A stretch of DNA of 64,000 nucleotides, from NCBI GenBank assembly GCA_002441585.1, contig DJWS01000008.1, positions 34,054 through 98,053 on the forward strand, read 5' to 3'. A program made the position numbers and the translations under genes. The notes under the pieces are model-generated. The model did not search any database. It was not told the DNA's origin and saw only the letters and a program-made list of their open reading frames with translations. Shown piece by piece: positions 1 to 8,178 of this stretch. Positions within the stretch are counted from its first letter, which is position 1; every line of letters starts with the position of its first letter. The stretch comes from Candidatus Saccharibacteria bacterium UBA6224 (GTDB lineage: Bacteria > Patescibacteriota > Saccharimonadia > Saccharimonadales > UBA4665).

Positions 1-1
1 T

Positions 2-700
2 TTTGAAGCTACTCGTGAATTAAGGTATTCCAAATACACCGAACTGGGTTGGTTGCCGGTCGAGCACGTCGTAGAAGTTAACGGAAAACGACTTGAGCCA
101 CTTGATAAATATGATGCAACATCAGAGCATGTTGCGGTCATCAAGAATAGGGGAAGCGATAAGCTGCCCGTCTTGATTGCATCAGGCCGATCAATCATCA
201 AGGCCTCAGAAGATGCGAATATCCCCGTCGAAGAACACTTTCCCGAAGTGTTTCGTGACGGTCCTGCGCCCGTAGGTTCTAATGAGGTGTCTCGCCTAAT
301 CTCTGATAGCCTGCACAGGCCTGAGCGGGCCTTGGCAAGCATCGCGGTGCAGCGTGCCATTACTTCGCGGTGCATCGAACTGGATTATGGTCCAAGCTAT
401 GCAATGATTGAGCAATATCTAAAGAAGCGGCTGGATGACACCCGTTTTCCTCACGAGATGATTTCTGATTTTCAGCCTATACCAGAATACAATGACACCA
501 TGAACGCCGTTATGTTGACGGATTGGAGGCGAGTGCTGGCCGGTACCAGGCTGGCTAAGCTCGGGGTGCCATTGACTACAAAGCTCTTTTTCGTGGGAGT
601 GGATAAGCCGGGCGGTGGTTTTGGCTACTACGGCAAGCGATTCGTCTACAGGCATGGTGCTCAGTTGCATCAAGTAGCGCCAGAAGCCCTGGGAGCGTAG
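2..700 (+). CDS. hypothetical protein, 5'-truncated by window edge (the TTG at 53 in the ORF track is probably not the true start)
   Basis: The frame is open from nt 2 to TAG 698-700. The stop lies 1 nt before the ATG of the E1-like gene, suggesting coupling. No motif recognised. Confidence 0.5.
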   Translation, partial: FEATRELRYSKYTELGWLPVEHVVEVNGKRLEPLDKYDATSEHVAVIKNRGSDKLPVLIASGRSIIKASEDANIPVEEHFPEVFRDGPAPVGSNEVSRLISDSLHRPERALASIAVQRAITSRCIELDYGPSYAMIEQYLKKRLDDTRFPHEMISDFQPIPEYNDTMNAVMLTDWRRVLAGTRLAKLGVPLTTKLFFVGVDKPGGGFGYYGKRFVYRHGAQLHQVAPEALGA

Positions 701-701
701 C

Positions 702-1697
702 ATGAGTGTCGAAGAGGTACGATTTGGCGTGGGGATGGATGATCCATTCGCGATCCAATATGAGCGTACAAAGGGCTACGAGTCCGCGGCTACGCTTGAG
801 AGAAAGATGAATACCAGAGTATGCATCGCCGGCGTTGGCGGTGGGGGCGGTTTGTTGGCCGAATCTCTTGCAAAAGAAGGATATGGCGATATTCGCATCG
901 CCGATCCGGACGAAATGTCGGCGGCAAACGCCAACCGCCTTTTCCCTGCGACGCCTGATAACATCGGCAGGAACAAAGCCGAGGTTTGGGCGGAGCGGAT
1001 TCATCTCGCAAATAGTGCTGCTCGGGTGGCTATTTTTGCGGAAGGTGTAACGGCCGACAATGTCGAGGATTTCTTCATGCAGGGCTCAAAAAAGGGCCAA
1101 CGCATCATCGCCGTTGATGAGATCGATGTTCTTCGTCCTGAGATCGCGCTGGGGTTCAACCAAACAGCACGACGATTCGGGATACCTGTTACGACGGGCA
1201 CGGACATCGGATTTGGTGGTATCGTTACTTCGATAAACCCTGAAGCTAGCAGGTACACCTTCGAGAGAGTGAACCATATCCCGGAGGATATGGTACCGTT
1301 TGAAGAGTATGAAGGCGAGCTGTCGCTATCTTCTCTGGGGTACATACCAACATATGGGAGCATTGATACGCTGTTGTCCGTCATGAAGGGGTCAGATGTG
1401 CCGACCACGCTGAGAAGCGTCCTGACTACTACGGCTATGCTGCTTGATGAAACGGAACGGATAACGATGGACGGAACGCGTGGTTTTAGGCGGCCAACAT
1501 GGGCTCCAAAACAGCGCTGGATGGACACAAATGGTACATCGGGCTCGACACGGTTCCCCCGTGCAAGCCATTACTCTCATTTGTTGCGAACCGTCCTTAG
1601 GGATAAGGTGCTGCAGATCAACCCTGACGCCGAATACACCCCTGAAGATATTGCAGCGCGGGCAGAATACCGAATCCAACACGGCGAAGCAGAATAG
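702..1697 (+). CDS. ThiF/MoeB/E1-like adenylyltransferase (non-canonical)
   Basis: Has a Rossmann loop (VCIAGVGGGGGLLAESLAKEG), an Arg-finger-like ANANRLF and an acidic AVDEIDV segment, in the order expected for the E1 adenylation fold. No CxxC zinc pairs and no obvious catalytic Cys. Confidence 0.65.
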   Translation: MSVEEVRFGVGMDDPFAIQYERTKGYESAATLERKMNTRVCIAGVGGGGGLLAESLAKEGYGDIRIADPDEMSAANANRLFPATPDNIGRNKAEVWAERIHLANSAARVAIFAEGVTADNVEDFFMQGSKKGQRIIAVDEIDVLRPEIALGFNQTARRFGIPVTTGTDIGFGGIVTSINPEASRYTFERVNHIPEDMVPFEEYEGELSLSSLGYIPTYGSIDTLLSVMKGSDVPTTLRSVLTTTAMLLDETERITMDGTRGFRRPTWAPKQRWMDTNGTSGSTRFPRASHYSHLLRTVLRDKVLQINPDAEYTPEDIAARAEYRIQHGEAE

Positions 1698-1739
1698 AAC
1701 AATAGCGAACCGATACGCTAGTGCTTTATACTGTTCGTT

Positions 1740-3947
1740 GTGAGTATTAGTCTACTGGCTATCATCAACGTCATCGTCGGCATTTCCATCCTGCTCGTAG
1801 CGGTGATGGTTTTGGTAAAGAACGTACGTCTGGCGGTCAACCGCATATTTTTCATTACGTCGGTAACGGGCCTGCTCTGGATAGGGGCTAATTTCTTTAG
1901 TAATGTGACTACGCTATCCCACGGATTGACTCTCTGGGCCAATAAGCTGGTTCTAGTGACCTCGTTATTGCTTGTATTCTCACTACTGCTCTTCATGATC
2001 GAGATACTTGGCATACAGCCATCAGGGTGGATGCGCCGACTCTTACTAATCGCCTTTGTTGTTAATACGGCTATAGCGCCTACGGCGGCGGTCGTTCAGG
2101 ATGTGGAGGCTCGGGGCCAAGTAGTGGCGATTCATTTTGGGCTACTGGCGCCGCTCTTTTTTGTCTCTTTGCTAACCCTGGTCGGTTACGCGGCCTATTT
2201 GCTGGTCATCGCTCGTAGGAATAGCTCCGGCCTCCAGAGGCAACAGATTGATGTACTGATGTGGTCATTCGTACTGGGCATGGCAGTAGCGCTAGCCTTT
2301 AACTTTGTTTTACCCGCGATCTTCGGTCTATTCGTATTAACTCAATTCGGTTTTGTCGCGATGTTCATATTTATTGGAGGTATGGCGTACGCCATAATTA
2401 AGCACAAAGTTTTTGACATTAGGCTCGTGGTGTTCCGGGCAATGGGGTATTTATTCTCTGGCGGTGTATTGATAGTTGCCTACAGCTTTCTGGTGCTTCA
2501 AGTCTTACACATCGCAGGCGTGGAGTTCTCCAACCCACAACGTGCGATATTGCTGCTTTCCATTGCTGGTATAGGAACTTTCTACCAACCATTCAAGGGT
2601 GCTTTTGACAAACTAACTGCCAGGGTATTTTTCCAAGATATTTATGATCCGCAGCAGCTGTTTGCCAATCTGAACAAGGTACTCGTGTCCAGTCTCGACA
2701 CGAAATATTTGATGATGCAGAGTATCTCAATCATAGAGACTGCCATAAAACCGGATTTTGCGGCGGTAGGATTTGCCGGTTCCAATGGACAGTATCGTTT
2801 ATTTTCGTCACGTAAACTCTCTTTTTCTGACGAGTCCATCCAGTATTTTAGAAAAACCGCGCCACACATACACACGAAGGTAATAGTTGCAGATTATTTA
2901 GATGCAGAGAGGCACAGTGGCCTCAAGGAGCTGATGGTTGCGAACGATATGGCCGTTCTAGTGCGCTTGACTAAAGACACACGGAGTACGGAGGAAGGTA
3001 TGGGCTATTTGATTCTTGGCAACAAACGGAGCGGCAATCCGTACACTCCCCAGGATGTGCGCACTCTGGAGACTGTCGCCAACGAAATGATCATAGCCAT
3101 TCAGAACGCCTTGCACTATGAAGAAATCCAGAAATTCAACGAGGTCTTGCAGGCGCGAGTCGATGCGGCCACCAGGAAGTTACGCAGCACCAACGAGAAG
3201 CTCAAGGCCCTGGACGAAACCAAAGACGACTTTATCAGCATGGCGAGCCACCAGTTACGCACACCTTTGACTAGCGTTAAGGGTTATCTGAGCATGGTGC
3301 TCGAGGGCGACGCCGGCAAACTGAATGACACCCAGAAGAAGATGCTCGGGCAAGCTTTCTTGAGTAGCCAACGCATGGTCTTTTTGATAGCCGACTTGCT
3401 TAACGTATCCCGACTCAAGACCGGTAAATTCGTCATCGAGTCGGCACCGACTGACCTCACGCACATGATCCAGGAGGAACTAGATCAGTTGACCGAGACA
3501 GCCGAGGCCCGTGAGATCACCATTACTTATAAAAAACCAAAAGACTTTCCGCAGCTGATGTTGGATGAGACCAAGATGCGCCAGGTTGTCATGAACTTCG
3601 TCGACAACGCCATATACTACACGCCCACTGGTGGTCATATAGAAATCAAGCTGGAAGAGGTCGCCCATGGCATCGAGCTAAGGGTCATCGATGATGGCAT
3701 CGGTGTGCCCAAGCACGAACAACACCACCTGTTCACCAAATTTTATCGCGCGGCCAATGCTCGCAAGGCCCGTCCCGACGGTACCGGTTTGGGGCTGTTC
3801 ATGGCTAAAAAGGTCGTTGTGGCGCAGGGCGGCAGTATCATCTTTGATAGCAAGGAAGGCGCCGGTAGCACCTTTGGCTTCCGTTTTCCCCACCGCACCG
3901 TCGTGGTCACCCACCAGCCAGTAGTGGCCGAACCGACAGCCACCTAA
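1740..3947 (+). CDS. sensor histidine kinase (multi-TM N-terminus, GAF-like middle, HisKA + HATPase_c); no adjacent response regulator
   Basis: About 7 N-terminal hydrophobic helices, H-box MASHQLRTPL, N box FVDNAIYYTP, G boxes DDGIGVP and GTGLGL. GTG start lies 7 nt after TATACT (1727-1732). Confidence 0.85.
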   Translation: MSISLLAIINVIVGISILLVAVMVLVKNVRLAVNRIFFITSVTGLLWIGANFFSNVTTLSHGLTLWANKLVLVTSLLLVFSLLLFMIEILGIQPSGWMRRLLLIAFVVNTAIAPTAAVVQDVEARGQVVAIHFGLLAPLFFVSLLTLVGYAAYLLVIARRNSSGLQRQQIDVLMWSFVLGMAVALAFNFVLPAIFGLFVLTQFGFVAMFIFIGGMAYAIIKHKVFDIRLVVFRAMGYLFSGGVLIVAYSFLVLQVLHIAGVEFSNPQRAILLLSIAGIGTFYQPFKGAFDKLTARVFFQDIYDPQQLFANLNKVLVSSLDTKYLMMQSISIIETAIKPDFAAVGFAGSNGQYRLFSSRKLSFSDESIQYFRKTAPHIHTKVIVADYLDAERHSGLKELMVANDMAVLVRLTKDTRSTEEGMGYLILGNKRSGNPYTPQDVRTLETVANEMIIAIQNALHYEEIQKFNEVLQARVDAATRKLRSTNEKLKALDETKDDFISMASHQLRTPLTSVKGYLSMVLEGDAGKLNDTQKKMLGQAFLSSQRMVFLIADLLNVSRLKTGKFVIESAPTDLTHMIQEELDQLTETAEAREITITYKKPKDFPQLMLDETKMRQVVMNFVDNAIYYTPTGGHIEIKLEEVAHGIELRVIDDGIGVPKHEQHHLFTKFYRAANARKARPDGTGLGLFMAKKVVVAQGGSIIFDSKEGAGSTFGFRFPHRTVVVTHQPVVAEPTAT

Positions 3948-3971
3948 TAGCTTTACAGATTAGGACATATG

Positions 3972-3980
3972 TGCTATAAT
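3972..3980 (+). promoter_or_regulatory. extended -10 promoter TGCTATAAT with no downstream ORF
   Basis: Exact TGnTATAAT. The same motif precedes ssrA and several CDSs in this window. Confidence 0.4.
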
Positions 3981-4115
3981 ACAGAGCAAGTATACTCAGG
4001 TGGATGAGTGACGACGTCCAATCTGTGGATAAACACTAGCGTTTGAACACATTTTGTGATACATTCAAGAAAGTTATTGAGCTCGTGACTGACCGCTCTA
4101 GAACAAATCTTATAG

Positions 4116-4150
4116 AAATCCCCCGCATGGACCAGAAGGGGGATTTTCAT
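4116..4150 (+). terminator. Rho-independent terminator-like hairpin
   Basis: AAATCCCCC (4116-4124) pairs with GGGGGATTT (4138-4146), followed by TTTTCATTTCT. Confidence 0.5.
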
Positions 4151-4205
4151 TTCTCATCTGTTATGTTATGATTTTTGGGTTGTAAGTCGTCTCGTAATAT
4201 TGAAG

Positions 4206-4294
4206 ACGCGGCCCACATACCCTTCGGGTATGTGGCCACACGCTCGGGTCATGGAAAAATATGTAAACACATTTTTCCGCGACCCTGCGCGCGT
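4206..4294 (+). other. structured three-way-junction element forming the 5' leader of tRNA-Glu
   Basis: Closing stem ACGCG (4206-4210) / CGCGT (4290-4294). It encloses a 10-bp hairpin (4213-4222/4226-4235) and a second hairpin (GGGTC 4246-4250 / GACCC 4281-4285, with inner GGAAAAAT/ATTTTTCC). The element ends exactly at tRNA position +1. Confidence 0.4.
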
Positions 4295-4369
4295 GGCCTC
4301 ATCGTCTAACGGTTAGGACACCAGGTTTTCATCCTGGCAATCGGAGTTCGATTCTCCGTGAGGTCACCA
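4295..4369 (+). tRNA. tRNA-Glu (anticodon UUC), CCA encoded
   Basis: Hand-folded cloverleaf: acceptor GGCCUCA/UGAGGUC, D arm GUCU-AACGGUU-AGGAC, anticodon stem CCAGG/CCUGG with loop UUUUCAU, T arm CGGAG-UUCGAUU-CUCCG, then ACCA. Confidence 0.9.
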
Positions 4370-4376
4370 AATTAAG

Positions 4377-4403
4377 AACGTCACCAAAGGTGGCGTTTTT
4401 AAT
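4377..4403 (+). terminator. terminator after tRNA-Glu
   Basis: AACGTCACC-AAA-GGTGGCGTT hairpin followed by TTTTTAATTT. Confidence 0.6.
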
Positions 4404-4502
4404 TTGGTTGGCTTGCGAAGCAAGCCCGAACTCCGAAGGAGTGCGATATTCGAGGACGCGCACAGGAGCTTGCTCCGAGCACGCCGCAAGAATATACAAT
4501 GT

Positions 4503-4523
4503 ATTCTCCGTGAGGTCACCAAA
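4503..4523 (+). repeat. exact 21-nt copy of the tRNA-Glu 3' end (ATTCTCCGTGAGGTCACCAAA)
   Basis: Identical to 4351-4371. Confidence 0.9.
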
Positions 4524-4541
4524 GGAGCAGGGCGACGACGG

Positions 4542-4558
4542 ATTCTCCGTGAGACCAA
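4542..4558 (+). repeat. third, degenerate copy of the tRNA-Glu 3' end (ATTCTCCGTGAG--ACCAA)
   Basis: 12/12 nt match, then a 2-nt deletion relative to 4351-4369. Confidence 0.7.
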
Positions 4559-4589
4559 TAACACCATCACCTCGGTGTATACTGTTACG

Positions 4590-6020
4590 ATGAAACATGT
4601 GTATAAGCGTGCCAAAATACTAGCAACGGTCGGGCCGGCCACCCATAGTTATGAAAAAATCGAGGCCATGGTACGAAGCGGAGTCAACGGATTTCGTCTG
4701 AATTTTAGCCATGGCAACAAAGAGCAGCGCGAGCAACAGGTCACTTGGATCCGTGATGCCGCCAAGAAGTTGGATCGCAACGTTGCCATACTGCAGGATA
4801 TCCAGGGACCCAAGATCCGTCTTGGCGACCTATCATCCAACCAGTATCCGGTAAAAAAGGGCGATGAACTGGACCTGGTCTACGGCGCGGAGCACCATGG
4901 CTCGACCATTCCGTTGCAGTACGACATATCCGAAAAGATCGAGGCTGGACAACGATTATATATCTTTGACGGCAAGGTCAGGACGATCGTCCTGGATTGC
5001 GACCCGGCGAACAAAAGCGTTCATGTTCGCGTCGAAAACGACGGATTTTTGATGAGCCGCAAGGGGCTCAACTTGCCAGACACGAACTTTGGTGGGGATA
5101 TCTTCACCGACAAAGATTACAAAGATATGGAATACGGTGCTACCCAAGATTACGACTATGTGGCCTTGAGCTTTATCCAATCCGCCGCCGACATTGAGAC
5201 AGCCCGTGGGTTTTTGGCCGAGCATGGCTCGACGGCACAGATTATTGCCAAGGTTGAGACCAAGGCGGCAATTGACCCCGATGAACTGGAGCGAATCGTT
5301 GAGGCTAGTGATGGCGTGATGGTTGCCCGGGGCGATTTGGCGGTCGAAGTCGGAGCCGAAATAGTGCCGATTGTGCAGCGACAAATCATTGCCCTGTGCC
5401 AGCGACATGTCAAATTGAGTATCGTGGCCACGCAAATGATGGCCAGTATGGTCGACAACCCGGAGCCGACTCGAGCTGAAGTCAACGACGTCTCCAGCGC
5501 AGTGATCATGGGTGCCGACTGTCTGATGCTGAGCGATGAAACGGCCAACGGCAAATATCCAATCGAGACTATCCAGAGCATGCGCCGAACCATTTTGTAT
5601 ACCCAAGAACACGCCGAAGCGTTGCCGCTGTCGCAGCCGCTGACCCTCGAGACTCACTCTGCAGCCATCAGTGCCGCAGCCGTCAGTTTATCCGAGCAGT
5701 TGCATGCCGACGCCATTGTCGCCGAGACTAAAAGCGGTGCCACGGCGGCGCATATCGCGGCGCACCGTCCCAGCCGGCCGATAGTCTCGGTGACGAGCCA
5801 GCCTCGCGTGGCTCAGCAATTGGCGTTGCTCTACGCCAACAAGAGTTTCTTGCGGCCCGATGGCGAAAAGGCCGGTCTCAACTTGGCCAAAGAACTCACC
5901 ACGCCGGACGGCTTTTTTGGTCCACGAGCAACAGTGGTGCTGGTGAGTGGTCGGCAGCCGGGGCTGATGGGCGCTACCGATACGATTCGCGTCAGGCGTA
6001 TCGATACCACGACTAGCTAG
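4590..6020 (+). CDS. pyk: pyruvate kinase
   Basis: KILATVGPA, NGFRLNFSHG, MVARGDLAVE and a C-terminal regulatory domain. Start moved to ATG 4590 because the 62 upstream codons of the track ORF run through tRNA-derived repeats. Confidence 0.9.
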   Translation: MKHVYKRAKILATVGPATHSYEKIEAMVRSGVNGFRLNFSHGNKEQREQQVTWIRDAAKKLDRNVAILQDIQGPKIRLGDLSSNQYPVKKGDELDLVYGAEHHGSTIPLQYDISEKIEAGQRLYIFDGKVRTIVLDCDPANKSVHVRVENDGFLMSRKGLNLPDTNFGGDIFTDKDYKDMEYGATQDYDYVALSFIQSAADIETARGFLAEHGSTAQIIAKVETKAAIDPDELERIVEASDGVMVARGDLAVEVGAEIVPIVQRQIIALCQRHVKLSIVATQMMASMVDNPEPTRAEVNDVSSAVIMGADCLMLSDETANGKYPIETIQSMRRTILYTQEHAEALPLSQPLTLETHSAAISAAAVSLSEQLHADAIVAETKSGATAAHIAAHRPSRPIVSVTSQPRVAQQLALLYANKSFLRPDGEKAGLNLAKELTTPDGFFGPRATVVLVSGRQPGLMGATDTIRVRRIDTTTS

Positions 6021-6064
6021 CCGTATTCTGCATAAGCGTGATAAAATGAGCGAAAAGGGTGGGG

Positions 6065-7378
6065 ATGAGCTTTAGTAAGAAGACGATTCGCGACATTAAT
6101 CTGGACGGCAAGACTGTGCTGATGCGGGTTGATTTCAACGTTCCCCTAGATAAGGGCGTAATTGCCGATGATTACCGAATCCAACAGGCGTTGCCGACCA
6201 TCAACTATCTGCTTGAGCGTAAGGTGCGTTTGGTCTTGTGCTCACACCTGGGGCGACCGGAGGGCAAGGCCAATAACGACGACAGTCTGTTCCCGGTCGC
6301 GAAACGCCTGGGCGAACTGCTTGGCAATGATAAGGTCAACTTCGTCAAAGATTGCGTCGGCCCCCTGGTGGTCAAGGCCGTCAAAGCGATGGCCCCTGGC
6401 GATGTGGTGTTGCTTGAGAACGTCAGGTTCCATGCCGAAGAAGAGGCCAACGATGACAATTTTGCCCAGCAACTTGTCGCCGATACGGGCGCCGAGGTGT
6501 TCGTGCAAGATGCGTTTGGCGTAGTCCATCATGGGGCAGTCTCGGTGTCTGAATTGCCGAAGTATTTGCCGGGAGTAGCCGGGCTACTACTGGAAAAGGA
6601 AGTCGACACCATAACGAGAGTGATGCAAGATCCGGAGCGTCCCTTGGTGGCAGTTGTCGGCGGAGCCAAGATTTCCGACAAAATAGACATATTGACCAAG
6701 TTTATCGACATCGCAGACATCGTGGCCGTCGGTGGCGCAATGGCCAACACCTTTTTATTGGCCGATGGAATAGACGTCGCTAAAAGCCTGGTAGAACACA
6801 ACGATGTCTCAATCGCCAAAGACATTCTCGAGAAAGCTCGCGCCAAAGCCAAACAGGGCAACTTCGTCTTTTATATACCCCAGGATGCGGTAGTGGCGCA
6901 TGCCATCGATAAGACAAAACCGACGCGCATCGTCGACTGGAGCGCTCATGTCATCTCGGCCATCGAGAATTATCCTAAGCGACCACCGCACTCCGCATCG
7001 ACCATCGCCGACGACGAAATGATACTGGATATCGGCCCATTCTCGGCTTCTTTCATTGCTGGGACATTGCAGTTGGCCAAGACGGTGGTCTGGAATGGAT
7101 CGCTCGGCGTGGCCGAACAAACCGGTCTGCAAGGACCAGTGGGGCCGTATGCTCACGGCACGCACGTCGTGATGGAGGCGATATTGGGCGAGCGGGGCAA
7201 CAAGCCATTCAGCCTGGTTGGCGGTGGCGATACCGTGAGTTTCATCCAGAGCCAAGGGCTGACGCCATATTTCAATCACGTTTCCACTGGTGGCGGTGCC
7301 TCGTTGGAGCTCATGGCTGGTCGCAGCTTGCCCGGCGTCGAGGCGCTGCTGGATAAAACTGAAAATGAGGTACAATAA
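6065..7378 (+). CDS. pgk: phosphoglycerate kinase
   Basis: KTVLMRVDFNVPL, GGAKISDKI, STGGGASLE. ATG 6065 follows GGGTGGGG; TGATAAAAT at 6039-6047. Confidence 0.9.
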   Translation: MSFSKKTIRDINLDGKTVLMRVDFNVPLDKGVIADDYRIQQALPTINYLLERKVRLVLCSHLGRPEGKANNDDSLFPVAKRLGELLGNDKVNFVKDCVGPLVVKAVKAMAPGDVVLLENVRFHAEEEANDDNFAQQLVADTGAEVFVQDAFGVVHHGAVSVSELPKYLPGVAGLLLEKEVDTITRVMQDPERPLVAVVGGAKISDKIDILTKFIDIADIVAVGGAMANTFLLADGIDVAKSLVEHNDVSIAKDILEKARAKAKQGNFVFYIPQDAVVAHAIDKTKPTRIVDWSAHVISAIENYPKRPPHSASTIADDEMILDIGPFSASFIAGTLQLAKTVVWNGSLGVAEQTGLQGPVGPYAHGTHVVMEAILGERGNKPFSLVGGGDTVSFIQSQGLTPYFNHVSTGGGASLELMAGRSLPGVEALLDKTENEVQ

Positions 7379-7389
7379 GCATTAACGTT

Positions 7390-8169
7390 ATGAATACTGC
7401 TCGTAAATCGCTCATCGTTGGTAACTGGAAGATGAACTTGTCAGCTCATCAGGCTAGCACGCTATTGCACCGTCTGAATGAACACATCGAAGTCCATCAC
7501 AATACCGAAGTCGTACTGGCACCGAGCTTCCTGGCGCTGCAGCCACTCAGTGTCGAGATTGATCGGCGTAAATTTCGTCTGGCAGCCCAAGACGCGTTTT
7601 ATATGGACGAGGGTGCTTACACGGGCGAAGTAAGTTTTTCGATGCTAAACGATTTAGTGCACTACGTCATTGTCGGGCACAGCGAGCGCCGTAAATATTT
7701 TGGCGAAACCCTAGAGACGGTACGAGAAAAGGTCTCGGCAGCCATACGCAATCAGATCTCACCCATCATTTGCATCGGCGAAACCTTCGAGGAGCGCAAA
7801 AACGGCGAGACCAAGCAGGTGTTGCACGACCAGCTCGTATCGGCCCTGAGCAATCTGACCAGTTTAGACATCGAAAAAGTGGTCATTGCCTACGAGCCTG
7901 TCTGGGCGATTGGTACTGGCGTGACGGCCAAGCCGGAACAAATCAACGATGCCATAACCTACATCCGTCACAATATCCAAGAATTGTATGGGCCAAGGGC
8001 ATCGCAGGCGGTCAGGGTTTTGTATGGAGCTGGCGTAGAGCCTGATTACGTCAACGATCTATTGAAGCTGCCATGTGGCATCGATGGGTTGCTGGTTGGT
8101 GGCGCGAGTCTTAATTATCACAAATTCGCCGGCATCGTAGCGGCGGCTCAGCGACGGCAGTACGAGTAG
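7390..8169 (+). CDS. tpiA: triosephosphate isomerase
   Basis: VGNWKMN, VGHSERR, AYEPVWAIGTG. Confidence 0.92.
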   Translation: MNTARKSLIVGNWKMNLSAHQASTLLHRLNEHIEVHHNTEVVLAPSFLALQPLSVEIDRRKFRLAAQDAFYMDEGAYTGEVSFSMLNDLVHYVIVGHSERRKYFGETLETVREKVSAAIRNQISPIICIGETFEERKNGETKQVLHDQLVSALSNLTSLDIEKVVIAYEPVWAIGTGVTAKPEQINDAITYIRHNIQELYGPRASQAVRVLYGAGVEPDYVNDLLKLPCGIDGLLVGGASLNYHKFAGIVAAAQRRQYE

Positions 8170-8178
8170 GGGCTATAA

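Noticed and set aside
4024-4032. Perfect DnaA-box 9-mers (TGTGGATAA at 4024-4032 and again at 35827-35835) as a sign of oriC
   Set aside because: These are single isolated boxes about 32 kb apart, with no box cluster, AT-rich unwinding element, or dnaA/dnaN nearby. Two hits in 64 kb is only mildly above chance.
4116-4146. Hairpin ...CCCCCGCATGGACCAGAAGGGGG... as SRP RNA domain IV
   Set aside because: It lacks the conserved GGAA tetraloop and AGCA/GNAR symmetric-loop motifs. It is better explained as a terminator stem.
4404-4589. 62-codon N-terminal extension of the pyruvate kinase ORF in the six-frame track
   Set aside because: It runs through the tRNA-Glu terminator region and the tRNA 3'-end repeat copies. 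The conserved PK N-terminus (MKHVYKRAKILATVGPA) starts at ATG 4590.
4956-5657. 233-aa antisense ORF inside pyk (similar cases: 42154-43044 in alaS, 51541-52170 in sbcB, 6809-7375 in pgk, 1001-1528 in the E1-like gene)
   Set aside because: These are shadow ORFs opposite well-supported conserved genes. They have no RBS and an Arg/Gly/His-rich composition typical of antisense frames.
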